Shown: piece after piece, positions 20,963 through 35,601 of the stretch | Position numbering within the stretch: position 1 is the stretch's first letter | How the letters are laid out: every line of letters starts with the position of its first letter | Assembly: GCA_001643675.2 (NCBI GenBank) | Contig: LSRY02000016.1 | Span: 1,488,001 to 1,552,000, forward strand | From: Monocercomonoides exilis PA203 | Lineage: Eukaryota > Protista > Preaxostyla | Length of the DNA stretch: 64,000 nt | Direction: 5' to 3' | The notes under the pieces: model-generated | The model's input: only the letters and a program-made list of their open reading frames with translations | Database searches by the model: none | What the model was told of the DNA's origin: nothing | Position numbers and translations under genes: made by a program

Positions 20963-23900
20963 ATGAATGGAGCGACAAACAAATACGTTTCATTTCGAAA
21001 TAATGTAGTGAATAAATCGAGCTATCATAAATTCAATTCTGCTGATGATAAAAAGATTTTCTCTTCAAAAACAAATTTTTCTTGTAAAAATGACGATAGC
21101 TCTCCTTCCAATGTACAGTCTTTAATTAGAATAACAAATCCAATTCAAAGCGATAGACTAGAAATGAATAATATTCAAGTACCACCGTATTTGCATTACA
21201 TATTTGAAGCTCAACAGCTTGACAAGTATCAGAGAACTGCTGTTATGATGGATGCAGATAAACCTTTGATCATTTTCGCCGGAGCTGGTGCAGGTAAAAC
21301 AAAAACGATGTGCTGTCGTATTGCATATTTGCTTTCAATGACTCCACCTTCATCAATTTTGGCTATTACATTTACGACTCGTGCAGCAAAAAACATGAAA
21401 GACCAGCTTTCTCAAATTATTACATCTCCAGTAAATGAAGTTCAAGTTAAGACTTTTCATTCTTTTGCTCTTTCTGTGTTGGTGAAGCATTTGGAAGATG
21501 TGGGAATATCTCGTAACTCTTTTGGAGTTGTTGATAGAAAAAGACAGATAGAGATCATGAAAGAGGCTATAAGCATATACAAAATGGATTTTGGTGTGAT
21601 TAACTCTCTTATTTTTCTTGCTTTATTTAATATGAAAAATCACCTTCACACTTTAATTTTTCATTATTTAATAATTATTTGTCATTTAAAAACGATAAAT
21701 AATTTTTTCAGGGGATAATGACACAATTGAAGACGCATCAGCGTTGCTTCGACAAGTCATCCGAATGAAATCCAAAGAAGATCCAATGAACAACAAAGAC
21801 ATCATCTCAAAAGAGCAGCAAATGCAGCAATCATTTGAAGCTGACCAATCTTCCTTTCAAACATCGTTTTCTTCTTCTCAAAGCACAACACCACAAATTC
21901 CCAGTCCCCAGCAAACAGTCAACCGCTCCCGAGTCAATTCGCTTCCTGCGTTTGCGCTCGAACATTACACAAAATGCCTTCAAAGAGAGTCCAAGATCGA
22001 TTTTGTGGACATGGTAACTTTGTGTGTGAAGCTGCTGATCAAACGAGAAGACATCGCTGAACAGGAAATCGGGGCAGCCATTCGCTATGTGCTGGTGGAT
22101 GAGTTCCAGGACACGTCTCTGATGCAATACACACTTGTGCAGCTGATTGTGCGGGAGATGCAGAGGTGGGAGAGGAACTGTCGAGATATGATGATGAGTG
22201 AGGCAGCAGAAGAATGGCTGAAGGAAAACGAGGTTGGATGGCAACTTGATGGCGGTGGGTGTTCGAGGAATGCTCAGATAAAGTTGAATGGAAAAGGAAC
22301 AGGGAAAAAAGCACAGATGAATGAAACAGGCTCAGAAAGTGGGTTTGACATGAATGGCTTTGATGAAAGAATGATGGAGGAAGAGTGGATTGAGTCTTCA
22401 GTGAACGAACAAGCTGGCACTAATAAACAGCGGTCAGGTAATGGTTATCACAGTAATGCTTTTAATTCGGCTATGCAACCACAGCAATCATCATCATCAT
22501 CTTCTTCTTCTTCTTCTTCTTTCTCTGCTTGTTCTCTTCCATCTCCCTCATGTTTTTTCGACAGTCAAGACACATATTCCAGCAGAACTCAAACAAACTC
22601 CTCAGATTTGGATTATTCTGAAGGGCATTTTGACTCTTCACATAACAAATATCGCGGTAGTCGCAATTTTAAGCTCGAAAACCCGCCACCTCTTCTCCTT
22701 TCGCATGACAAGCAGATGCAGAAGGAAATATCTTCTTTGCCATCAACTTCATCGTCTAACTTCTCAGTGAAAGAGCAAGAAGCCACACTTTTACCTAATT
22801 CATTCCAATTTTCTTCATCAAATGCACCATCATCATCATCTTCTTTATCATTGCCAACAACCAAAACAAAGGAATCCTCCAACATTTCTCGTTCCCCTTC
22901 GTATTCAGCCAAGTCTTCCTCGCTTTTTGCAGCTGATCCAAATTTACCCTGTAGATTGACAGTGGTTGGTGATGATGATCAATCTATTTATTCGTTTCGG
23001 GGTGCTTCTCACACAGTTTTCTCGAAGTTTAAGAACGATTTTCCAAAGTGTGGAAAGAGGATGAAAAAAAGAGAGGAGTAAGTTGGAAAGGAAGAAGAAA
23101 ATTTGTTTTTTTCATTTCATTTCTTTTTATTTCTTTATATTTATTTTATTTTATTTTATTTTATTTTATTTTATTTTATTTTATTTTATTTTATTTTATT
23201 TTATTTTATTTTATTTTATTTTATTTTATTTTATTTTATTTTATTTTATTTTATTTTATTTTATTTTATTTTATTTTATTTTATTTTATTTTATTTTATT
23301 TTATTTTATTTTATTTTATTTTATTTTATTTTATTTTATTTTATTTTCTTTTCTTTTCTTTTCTTTTCTTTTCTTTTCTTTTTTTTTTGATGTGATTGAA
23401 GTTATCAGCAATGCACTCTTCTTGTCAACTATCGAAGCACCAATGTGATTGTGCAGCTGACGAGATGCCTCATTGAAACAAACAAGCACAGAACAGATAA
23501 GGATTTAAGGCTTGATTAATTGATTCAATAATAATTCCTTTTGATTTATTATTTATTTATTTATTAATTTATTTATTTATTTGTTAATATTTAAAATTAA
23601 TTGTCATTATTATTTTCATAATAAACATATTCATTGAATGAAACATTATTCAAAAAAAAATATATATAACTAACAATAAATAAAATTTTCAACAATAACA
23701 GGGCATATTCACTGAATGGCCATGGAAGTCTTGCTTCTATCTATCTTTTGGGAAGTGAGTCAGAAGAGATGGCGTTTGTGACATCAAGAATACATCATCT
23801 TCTGATGAATGGAACTTCTCCTAATGACAGTATGGAATATGTTTAATGTTCAAATTATTTTGATAAATTTTATTGTTATAATGCTTTATTAATGGAATTA

Positions 23901-24160
23901 TTGAAATGCAAATTAAATTTTTCATTTTTAATTGCGTTTATGTATTCATTAATTCTCATTTCTTATGAATTTCCCTCTAATTTTTTTTTTCCTTCTACAA
24001 ATAAATATTAAATAATTTCTCTCAAATCAATCAGTTGCCATTCTTTCCAGAGTCAAAGCCAACATTTTGTCTGGTTTTGTGCAGCGTCTGAAGACAATGG
24101 GGATTCCATGTGCAACTGGGAGCATAAAGAGACAAATGCTAGAGGTTTGAAGATGTTCTT

Positions 24161-24199
<39 letters not shown>

Positions 24200-24862
24200 A
24201 ATAAATTCTACAATTTTCTGGTAATTTATCCTTTTTCTATATGTTTTCTACTCTTCTTTCTTTTAAATATTTATTTATTTATTTTACAAATTATTTTTTT
24301 TCACTCTTTCTTTTTTTATTCTCAAAAACATATTTTTTTATCACAAACAATCAGCATAAGGATCTTGTTGCGTATTGCCGTCTTGTCTGCAACGAAAGTG
24401 ATGACACGTCTTTTCTTCGTGTCATCAATGTGCCTCGAAGAGGTTTGCATATTTTTTTGAGTGGATAACTTTTATATTAATTTATCGAAAGAAAGGAAGA
24501 AGAAAAAAGAAAGACAACATCTTCTTTTTTTTATGTTTTCATCATTTTTCTTTTGAATCTTAATAAATTCAAATTGTTTTCATTGATTTTAATTTTGTTT
24601 TATTTTATTTTCTTTGTTTTCTTTGCTTTCACATTCAAAATAAATAATTTCAACAGAAATTGGCGACAAAGCATTAAACTACCTGAAACGCTGGTCTGCT
24701 TTCCTCAAGCAGCCTCTGCTCCCCACCAGCCGCTATTTAATCGCACATTCGTTTCCTGCCTTCACTGATGAAGTCACCTCTTCCATGGCACAGTCAATCG
24801 AAGAGTACTTTTCAAACAATTCTGATGGGAATTATTCAGCAACATCATCAAATTCTTCTTCT

Positions 24863-24903
<41 letters not shown>

Positions 24904-25483
24904 CTCCTCTTCTTCTCTTCAAAACATTCTTTTCACACAGCAAAACGACCAAATAAACACATTTGATTCAAACATGCTCGAAAGCAAAGATCTTTTGCTG
25001 GCCAATGCAGAGCATTCACAATCTCAGCTAGCTTCTCTTTCAGAGCAGCAACCTGGTTTTTCTCAATCTTCTCAATTGACTTCGCAATTTTACACGCAAA
25101 TTGTAGCTCAATTAACATCTCCTGATCCATTTTCAACTTCAATTTCAACGTCTTCTGCTTCAGATTCTTCGATTTCTTCTCTTTCCTCTTTCTCTTTGCC
25201 AGTTTCTCAGCTAAACTCTTCTTTCTCTGCTTCTCCAAAGAATTCACCTGGTTCTGTCAGACATCTTGCACCTCCTTCTGCGCCACTCTCAAAGAAATCT
25301 TCTTCTTCTCTTTCTTCCTCTTCTTCCTCTTCTTCTTCTCCTTTGCATTCACATCATGCCATTTCACATGTTTCTCCACAGCGCAAATCACTTTTATATC
25401 AACTCTCTTCTTCCACTTCACAATCACCTTCACCAACACATTCACATTCACATTCACATTCACATTCATCATCCTCTTCTTCC

Positions 25484-25518
<35 letters not shown>

Positions 25519-28500
25519 TTCTTCTTCTTCTTCCTCTTCTTCTTCTCATTCATTTCATAGTCCTCTTTCTCCTTCTCGCTATGATTCTCCTCCTCTTCCA
25601 CTCGATTCTTCGTTCCTTTCTGAAGCACAACAGCCTCCTTTTGATATAACCGAAGATTCATTCAATGTCAGCCCTGCTAAGAAAATAAAGCGAAAAGACA
25701 TTGAAAAAGAAGAAGGGCATTTAAATGGCAAGGAAATGAACAAGGAAGAAAAGACGGGAAAGAAGGAGAAGGAAAAGAAGAAGAAAGAGAAAGAGAAGAA
25801 AGAGAAAGAAGAAACTTTGAGAAAAAATGCAAAGAACAAATGTGAAAGTGATATGATGACTCAAAGTTCGCCTGCAGTTTCTGTGAAGTCGTATTCGAGT
25901 TTGGCTGAGTTTACAGAGGAAGAAGAGGAGCTTTTGATGAGTAGAAGAGCGAAAGAGCACAAAATGAATGGGAAAATGGTTAGAAGAGATGATGATGATG
26001 ACAACGAGGAGGAAGAGGAGGAGAAGGACGAAGATGATGATAGCGATGATGAATCAGACAAAGTCATTATCAATTTGAAGAAAAAACCAAAAATCATGAA
26101 CAATACTTCTTTATCTTCACCATCACCATCTTCTTCTTCTTCTTCTTTGTCATCCACGCAATCAAACACATTGGATACAAGCGAGCAACAACAACAACAA
26201 CAGGAGCAAGAGACCCCTCTTTTCACTGCAGCACCATGGATGGCTCAGCAATATGCTGCTTCTGTTCCGCCACTTGCAATCCCCAAACAAAAAGGAAGAA
26301 CAAACAAAACAAAGAAATCTTCGTCTTCTATTTCATCTTTTTCTGAAAATACGAGTAAAAATAGTAAAAAATCAACGAAAAACTCCAAAAAACAACCACG
26401 AATTGCATCAGCTGGGTCAGATTTCCCCAAAAACAGGCAAGCTTCGCTTGTTTCCTTTGTAAATTTGATTGACCAGGCGCGAAAACACACAGAAACACAC
26501 GAGCCGTCGGAGGTGCTGAGGTTTATTTCTAACCAGTGTGGGTATCATCTGTCAGCAGAACAGAGGAGGGAGAGCTTGGAGTATGCGAAGATGATGAAGA
26601 AGGAGAAGGAGAAAGAGAGGGAAAGAGAAAGAGCAATTGAAAGAGCAAGAATGAGAATGAGCAATCCAAAGGGGATGGGGAGCGGGATGGGGTATGGAGA
26701 GAAGGAGAAGAGCAGAGAAGGTGAGGAAGACGATGTTGAGTCAGAGGAAGAAGAAGGCGTGGAAGAAGGTTTCATTCCATATGAAGAGCGGTTGGAGCGA
26801 CTTGCAAGGCATTTTGATGAGATCACAGACAAGTTGTGTGAAGAAGATGAAAATCAAAACTTCCAAAAGTCTGTTTACGATGCGAATCCTTCTTCTTCTT
26901 CTTCTTCTTCTTCTCCATCTTCTCCTTTTTTCACATCTTCATCTGCAATTTGCTCAAAATCCCAGACAAAACTGTCTCAAACATCGTATCCTCGACACGG
27001 CTTAACTATTTTCCAGAGGGTAGTAGCAGAAGAGTCATTGAGAACACACGATGGAGGAGAAGCACCGCCAGAGGGAAAAGTAACTGTTACGACGATTCAT
27101 CAGTCGAAAGGGCTGGAGTGGGAGCATGTGTTTATTGTGAGGTGCAATGAGGGAACAATGCCAGTTAGGTGTGAAAAAGAAGAAAGAAAGAAAGAGGAAA
27201 TGGAAGTGAATATGTGTATTATATATGCATTTTTTGAAATGAATAAAGTTTTTTCTTATTCATTCAAACTTAATGGAATTATTTTTTTTTTACAAATTGA
27301 TAATTTTGAATTGCATTTTCATTAAAACATTCTTATTTTGATTTCTTTTTCAACAATTTATTGAAATCTTTAGTTGCCGTGGAGATTCACCAGAAAGCGA
27401 AAAGTTGAAAGAAGAAGAAAAAAGGTTTGATTTTCTGGCTTTTTTTTCCACATTCATTTTCACAAATATTTATTTTTCATCAAAATTTATCACTTTATTT
27501 TAAATGAAACACCAACTCATTCAGAATTGCATATGTTGGTATGTCTCGAGCCACACGTCATCTGCATCTTTCGCTCATCTCCACCCAAAAACCTTCTCCT
27601 TTCTTCTTCTGCATTCCTGACATTTACTTGCGCCTCTTCCATTTGGTGGGTCTGCCTCCATCAATTCTGAGCATTCCACACGGTGATGACAGATTCTTCA
27701 ATGACTTGCTGAAAATGAATGCAGACACGTTTGCCAGGGCGTTGGTTGTGTGTGGAGAAGAAGGAGAAGGAGCAGAAGGCGAAGGAGAGAAAGGAGAGCA
27801 AGGAAAAGAAGGAGAGTCAATTAAAGGAGCTGAAGAAACAAACAGTGAATGTTTCGATTCTCACTCTGAAGACAGCTTTGGTGGTAGCATTAGCATTAGC
27901 AATAGTAATAGCAGCAGCAGAAATGGAAGCATCAGTCGCAGTGAAAGCTTAACCAGTTCAAATTCCTTTGAAAGCAATTCACTTTGCAGCCGCTCTAACA
28001 GCACTTTTAGCAGGTCAAGTGACGATTCAAGCCTCACAAACAGTTTTGAAAGCGAATTTTCAATGAGAAGTGGATCAGATGGAGCGACAAAAGAAACAAA
28101 AACAGATTTTTCAAGAGAGAAAAATGGGAAATTTGCAGATTTGGATGCAAAATCTCCTTCACAGATTTCTTTTGAACAACATTCAGAACCAGGGAAAACA
28201 CAAAAATTGCCTATTACGACTCAATCTTTGTCATCCAATCATCCAAATGGAGAAAAGAAAACTTCGATTGTAATTCCAACGCATCATTCAGCTTATGATA
28301 ACTTATCATCTTTCCCTTTTCAGCACAACTCAGAATTTGAAGAGTCATTTCCCGAATGTTCGTTGGATTATGAAGAAGATCTGATAAGTTCAATGATAAA
28401 TGCACAAAGTTCAGAATTGAGTAAGAAGATGGCTGATGGTGGTGGGGTGTGCATGCTTGCTCCTTCTGCACAACAAGACACTGCAAACAACAAACAAGCA

Positions 28501-30660
28501 AATGAAAAGAAAGATTTTGAAAAGAATACTTCAAATTCAAATATGACGGAAGTGAAATGGAACAAAGCAAAGGATGAAGAAGTGAATGTGAAAGGGGAAG
28601 ATAACGAAGCATCATTTTTCTGTTCATCAAATTTTCGGATCGACAGTTCTGACATGGAAATGAGCGAATGGGACAGAGAAGAGAAGATGCTGGATGAAAC
28701 AAACAGCTTTCTTCAGAACAGCATCTCTTCTGATTTCAAACAGCCAAGTTCTCCTTTGCAATTTATGGATAGGAAGAAATTCGAAGATGATCCAGACGAG
28801 CAAGACGACAAGCAAATTGAACTGATTTCGAGCAAAACCGAAGAATCAGACTTGTCTCAATTTCAGCAGCTTGCATCTCTCTCTTCGTTCTCATTCGACG
28901 GAGATGTGGAAATAAACGAAGAAGGTGAGAGTGAGTGGAACGACAGTGCAGCAGAGAAAGCGAAAGATAGTTTGATGGATGAAGTGGAAGCAATTGAATT
29001 GGAGCATTTTGAGCCGCTGGACGTGAAGTGTACCGAAGAGAATGAAAACGGGATGAATGATTTCTCGTTGAATCCAACAGTGTCACCGTCTTCAGCTGAT
29101 GTCAATTCTATTAAGCAATCTGCAAATGATATTAAGCAGTTGCCAACACTTTTAAATTTCCAATCACCACAGCCTTCTGCGAAAAACCCTTCCACTTCAA
29201 ATCCAATCCATTACTACATAATGACACAGGGTCAGAACATAAAGCAGAGCAATACTGTTTCAGATAGCATCACACAATCAACACAGCGCTCACAACTTCA
29301 ACAGCTGAAACGCAACGCACAAAACAGCATTCAAGCATCACCACAAGGAGCATTCACTCAGAAATCTCCATTTGCTTCTTCGCAGTTGCATTCACAGACT
29401 TCAACACAATCTGAAGCCTCTCAGCTTTCATCACATGTACCTGTTATTCCACTTGCCATTTCTTCAGCAATGACACCTATGCCAGCGCCTCTTCCTCTGA
29501 TTCCTCCTATTTCATCAAAAAGTCTTCCAAGTGTCATCTTTTTGGATGAATTGAAGCAGTTTGTTCAATTATCGAATTATGAGAAATAATTTTTTCTTTA
29601 TTTTTTTTTTTAAAATTCCAAATATTTTTCTATTTTTTCAACATTCACACAAAACTTTTGAATCAATTGTCCAATTTTTCTATTATTCACTTTATATTTT
29701 TATTTTTTCATTGATTTTCCCAGATATTCAGCTCCTGTTCGTTCTGTCTATGTGCAATCTCCGTTAACACAAAGCACGTCTCAAGAAATCGCTGCCAAGA
29801 CTTTTCTTCCATTCGCACTTTCGCTTCAATCACAGACACAATCACTGACACAGAAGCTATCTTATCCTGTTTCTCCTTTGAATTCTCAGGCTTCATCCCA
29901 GCCATTTATTAGAAATGGGAAGCATCCAGCAAATCTGACGCCCTTGTCAATTCTGCGCGATTTGAGAATTGAGCTTGCAAAGAAAGACGGACAAAAGCTG
30001 GCTATGAAATATGGATGGAGAGAGGCCCAGCTGTCAGATGAAAACAGAAGTACAAAGTTGTTCCGGAGTGCAAGTGTTGGGTATAAAAATGATAATTCTG
30101 CAGAAAAGATGAAGAAAAGTGCTGCGTCGCCAATCGCATCACTGAAGCAGCTGCAAATGAAAAAGAAGCAGATGAATGGGATTGGAGATTCAAGGGAAGC
30201 ACAGCAAATGAAGGATGCTAAACAAATGGAACACAAAAAAATGCAAAATGAGAAAGAAACAAGACAGAACGAGCAACTTCACACTGATCGGAATCAAATA
30301 CAGCGTTTTGATGATTCAAGCAGAATAGCAAAAAGCTTTGTTCAAAGCAGCACAGAAAGCCTTTCTGAGGAAACAGTCCAACCAGCAAAGATAGACGGAC
30401 CACAAAAACCTCTTTCACATCTCCCACCTTTGAGTGCAATCAGCTCATTTGCACCTGAATCCTCAATGAAGTCTCAACAGTGTTCTCTTCCTGATGCATC
30501 AAAGGACACTTGGCAGTCACAAAATAACTCGCTTTCTTCGATTTGCATGAGTCAACCGATGCTGACGTCGCAAACGGTTTCGCAAATGACTTCTTCGCTG
30601 CCTCAGAATTCGCAACAGTTGAGCAACTATTTACGTCTTCCGTTTCTGAGGAATAAATGA
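20963..30660 (+). CDS. UvrD/PcrA/Srs2-like SF1A DNA helicase, 10 exons, with large low-complexity insertions
   Basis: All motifs recovered after splicing: Q-motif LDKYQRTAV, I AGAGAGKT, Ia LAITFTTRAA, TFHSF, II VDEFQDT, III VGDDDQSIYSFRGA, IV LVNYRS, AILSR, INVPRREIG, V TIHQSKGLEW, VI EEKRIAYVGMSRA. Intron frames checked, e.g. 21594-21711, 23048-23401, 23510-23701 (GC-AG), 23830-24034, 29559-29723. Confidence 0.9.
23139..23388 (+). repeat. Intronic (TTTTA)n then (TTTTC)n microsatellite
   Basis: Directly visible in helicase intron 2; source of the spurious FILFY ORFs. Confidence 0.95.
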
Positions 30661-31498
30661 AGAGTCTAAACACAATCGGTTTAGCCTCACTTTCGTTTTG
30701 CGAGTTTTGTTCTTGTTATGATATGAAACTAAAATTTGCGTGGCACGTAAAAGTGCTTTTGTAACTGTTTTATTTTTTCAAAAATTTGTTTTTTTTACAA
30801 TTAATGTGAAATTCGATTATGTTTGTTTCGATTTTTCGTTTCGATTTTTTCATTTCAAATTTATCACATATTTGTTTTGCTTTTATTTCACATATTTTTT
30901 ATTGGTTGGCTAATGTTTCAATTGAAAACATCACTGAAGTCAATAATAATGTTTGTTAAAAAAAATTTTGGATTGTCACAAAATCTGAAGCTTTTCTAAA
31001 AGCAACTGCCAAATTTTAACTTTCATTAGTCACAAACAAGTAATTAAGAATGCAAAAATTTACGAAAAATAACATTCTCAACAAAGGATATTCGCTTGCT
31101 TTTTTATTTTTTTTTAATATTGAATTCGTTTGTCTATGCTTTCAAGTCGATAAAGATGTTGAACAACAGAACACATTAAACTATTTTTGCATCTTTGAAT
31201 AATTAAACTGATAAAATCTGTAATATGCATTTGAGACATGTTGATATTAGAAAATAAAAAAAAAAGGTGAAAAAATATAATTAGACTAGAAAGGTGAATA
31301 TTGAAATAAATGTTCTTGCGACATCAAAAAACTCTTTCGCAATAAAAAATACACACTCAAATCAGAGTAAACAAAACTTTTGTTCTAAAAAACAACTTGA
31401 GAACCAAGCATTTCAATTCCTTTTCTATTTCAATTTTCAAAACGTATATTTGTGTCCCTTAACATTTTTTATTCTTCTTCTTCTTCTTCTTCTTTCAC

Positions 31499-34018
31499 TT
31501 ACTCCTCTTTCTTCAAAATATCGTGTATCTGGTCTTCAGGAATGCCATACATTCCCATCAGCTTCTTCAGCTCCACAATCATCTCCTTCTCATTCATCAC
31601 TTCTGCAGCAGCCTCGTCAGCAGCGCGGGTTGCTCTGACATATAGAGACTTCACAAATGAAAGAGGGACGATTGCTGAAGGATAGGAAGAAGAGGAAGAG
31701 GAAGAGGAAGTGAAGGAGGAGGGAGAAGAAGAAGAATAATAACCTTCAGGTTCTAAATGAACAGAGGAATCTGGATTGGATATAGAATTCTTTTCTGGCT
31801 TCTTTTCTGCAATCTTTTCTAAATATTCATCCAACACTTTCACATTTTGGCTGAGCATTCTCAACTTTTGCTGATGTTCTTTGATATCTTCCATTTGGCT
31901 TTCTTCTTTTTTCAATGAAGCAATTTTCATTTTTAGCTCTTCTTTCTTTTGAAGTACTGCTTTTGTCAAATCAACGCATTCTTTTGGTTTTTTATCGCAG
32001 CATTCGCTTTTGAAATTAAAAAGTGTTAATAAAATTGAACAAAAAAATGGAAAATGAAAAAATCGAAAACAGACAAAAATTTGACAAAATAGAGATAAGA
32101 ATTTTCATTGTGTAAACATTAGAGTATCATATAAATATATGGTTATCAATGAAAAATTTTCACAATGAATCAAAAATCCACACCATTTTTCTTCTTTTAT
32201 TTGTGAAAGTCTTTCCAAAAAACTCTTCCCTCCATCATTTTCTGTACATTTTTCATTCTCTTTTGCTAAGTCTTCCATTTTGAGCTTTTCCTCAAAGTTT
32301 TCAGAAATTACTTTTTTTTCTTTTAGTTCAATTCTTATTTCACTTTCTCTTTTTGCTGCTTCTATCAATTTTTTAGTATCAAATGAAGAATAAAACGGGA
32401 ATTTTGAAAGAGATTGTTTGGAAGAATGACGCTGGACGAACAATTCTTCGTTCATCAAGTCGGTTAAAGCTCTGAATGAAAAATTGAGAAAGATGAAGAG
32501 AAAAAAAAGTAAGGAAATGAAAATGAACACAATAAACGTTTTTTTTTAAATGAAAAGTGATGAAGAAATAACAAAAAATAGACAAAAATACGAAAAAAAA
32601 TAAATAAATAAAAAAAAAAATAAATTTTCGTGAAAAAACAACATGAAAACAATAAAAATTTTCTAAAGTCCATCCATTTTCTGAACATAACAAACCGAGC
32701 AACAATTATCGGATCTCCATTAAGATCGACTTCTTCGCAAAATTCGCAATTGGGACAAGAACTTTCAGCAACAAATGACAAAATCAAAGGAAAATACGAA
32801 AAATCGAGCAAAGATCCGTTTGAAAGAGTGAATGTGTTAGATGAAGAATTAGAGGGTGGAACAATTAGTCCATCTCTTTTGAAGGGAAAGAAGAAGAAGA
32901 AGATGATGATGAAAGAGAATTTGAAGAAAAAGAAGAAAGAAAGAAAGAAAGAAAGAAAAGAAAAGAAAAGAAAAGAAAAGAAAAGAAAAGAAAAGAAAAG
33001 AAAAGAAAAGAAAAGAAAAGAAAAGAAAAGAAAAGAAAAGAAAAGAAAAGAAAAAGAAAAGAAAAGAAAAGAAAAGAAAAGAAAAGAAAAAGAAAAGAAA
33101 AGAAAAGAAAAGAAAAGAAAAGAAAAGAAAAGAAAAGAAAAGAAAAGAAAAGAAAAGAAAAGAAAAGAAAAGAAAAGAAAAGAAAAAGAAAAGAAAAAGA
33201 AAAGAAAAAGAAAAGAAAAGAAAAGAAAAGAAAAAGAAAAGAAAAGAAAAAGAAAAGAAAAGAAAAGAAAAGAAAAGAAAAGAAAAGAAAAGAAAAGAAA
33301 AGAAAAGAAAAGAAAAGAAAAGAAAAGAAAAGAAAAGAAAACGAGAAAATTTCATTTTAATAATTTATTTTTTTCAAAAAAAAAAGAAGTTATTATCAGA
33401 AATAACAAAGTGAAAGCATACAAATAGCCTATTAATTCTCCCTTTCTTGCATAGCCGTCCATCCACACGCCAAAACATCCATTTTCTTGGGCTTTGTCAA
33501 CAACAACATCATCACTAGCAGCAGAAAGAGAAGAAGAAGAAGAAGAAGAAGATGAAGAGGAAGAGGAAGGAGAAGAAGGAGGAGGAGGAGAAGAAGAAGA
33601 AGAACTTGAAGAATATGAATGCAGACCCGAAGATGTTTCTGTATTTTTGTGTTCATCTTTATCTTCATCAAGAATATCAGAATTTAAGATATTCGATAAA
33701 ATGCATTTAGGTGAATCAACAACTGGACATGGGTGAACAAAACATGAAGAAGAGGAGGGCTCTTTGAGAAATTGCACAGAAAGAGATTCAGATTTGGCAG
33801 TTGGTGATGAAGTTGAATTAGAAGAAACGGGGCTTTTTTGCTGCTTTTGGATTAAAAATAGACTGAATGTTGTGAGGTCATAAGGGCGTGTGGTTGTAAC
33901 TTGGCATTTCAATTTATTGTTATTTGAAGTTTTCAATGACGAAGAGTTTTTTTTAATATATGTTCATATAAAATTCACATAATTGATGAACAGCAATCGA
34001 AAACAAGCAAAAAAATTT

Positions 34019-34053
<35 letters not shown>

Positions 34054-34789
34054 TTTATTATAAAAAAAACAAATGCTGGCATACAGACGAAATCTGAGCT
34101 CAAAACCGTGTTTTCCAAGGCAACTGTTTGTTTTTGAGGAAATATTGCATTCAAAACTTCTTTTGAATCCATTTCTGAAATGCATCTATCGCAAAGCCAA
34201 CAGCTTAAAAGAAATGCGATTTTAAATGGGAAAAAAAAGTTTTGGAATAAAATTATAAAAACAATAATAGTTGTGTCACAGATTTTCAATGTGAAATTGC
34301 ATTGATACAAAAATGTACGCTGAATTGAAAATTCTTTGAGCTTATTAGACAAACTTTCTTATTTCTTGGCGTCTTTTCTTCTTCTTTTGATCTGAGTATT
34401 TAATTAGAACACTTTCAGCAGCACATGACAAATGATACCACAGTCCACATCTGGCGCATTTCAAACCTGAACAAACGTTAAATATATCAATATATGGCAT
34501 TTTTTGAATAAAAAAATGGTTAATTATAAAAATTTTGAAGAATACATTTTTAAATTGAATTAAAAATACCGTCATCATTCCAACTTTGCTTTCTGCAAGT
34601 TGCGCAAAATGGATATGCCAAACTATTATCACTCCCATCTTCAGTCTCATCTTCACTTTCCTCTTTCAAATCGTAAAAAGAGAAATTTGATTCACCTTCC
34701 GACTCAAGTTCTGAATCTTCAGATATGATTATTCGTCTGTGATTCCCTTTCAATCGTCCTTTTCGATTGACTTTGATTATAGGACTCAT
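31499..34789 (-). CDS. PHD finger + degenerate SET domain + coiled-coil protein (Set3/MLL5-like architecture), multi-exon; probably extends upstream to include the ZF exon
   Basis: Spliced PHD CATC...CARCGLWYHLSC...WLCDRC (C4HC3). Spliced SET FGVWMDGYARKGELIGYLDGLIV...LSFVAESSCPNCEF...IIVARALTDLMNEELFVQR. Lys/Glu coiled-coil C-terminal exon ending at 31499. Junctions are GT-AG, and those checked are in frame. Confidence 0.75.
32952..33340 (+). repeat. Intronic (AAAAG)n microsatellite (TTTTC on the sense strand of the PHD-SET gene)
   Basis: Directly visible; source of the spurious KEKKR and FFSFL ORFs. Confidence 0.95.
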
Positions 34790-34917
34790 CTCATTTTCAA
34801 TTTGAGTATGTGCTTCTTCTGAAAATTTCTAATAGTAATTCTAAAACAAAAAGCAAGAAAACATAAAACTTATACTTTTGAAAAATCATGCTCATTTATC
34901 CCGTTTTCAAACGAACC

Positions 34918-35601
<684 letters not shown>

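Noticed and set aside
23048-23448. ORFs of FILFY repeats (also the KEKKR/FFSFL ORFs at 32630-33427, YIYI at 36709-37060, FYFY/FLFL at 37475-37923)
   Set aside because: Translations of intronic microsatellites; the flanking exons splice around them.
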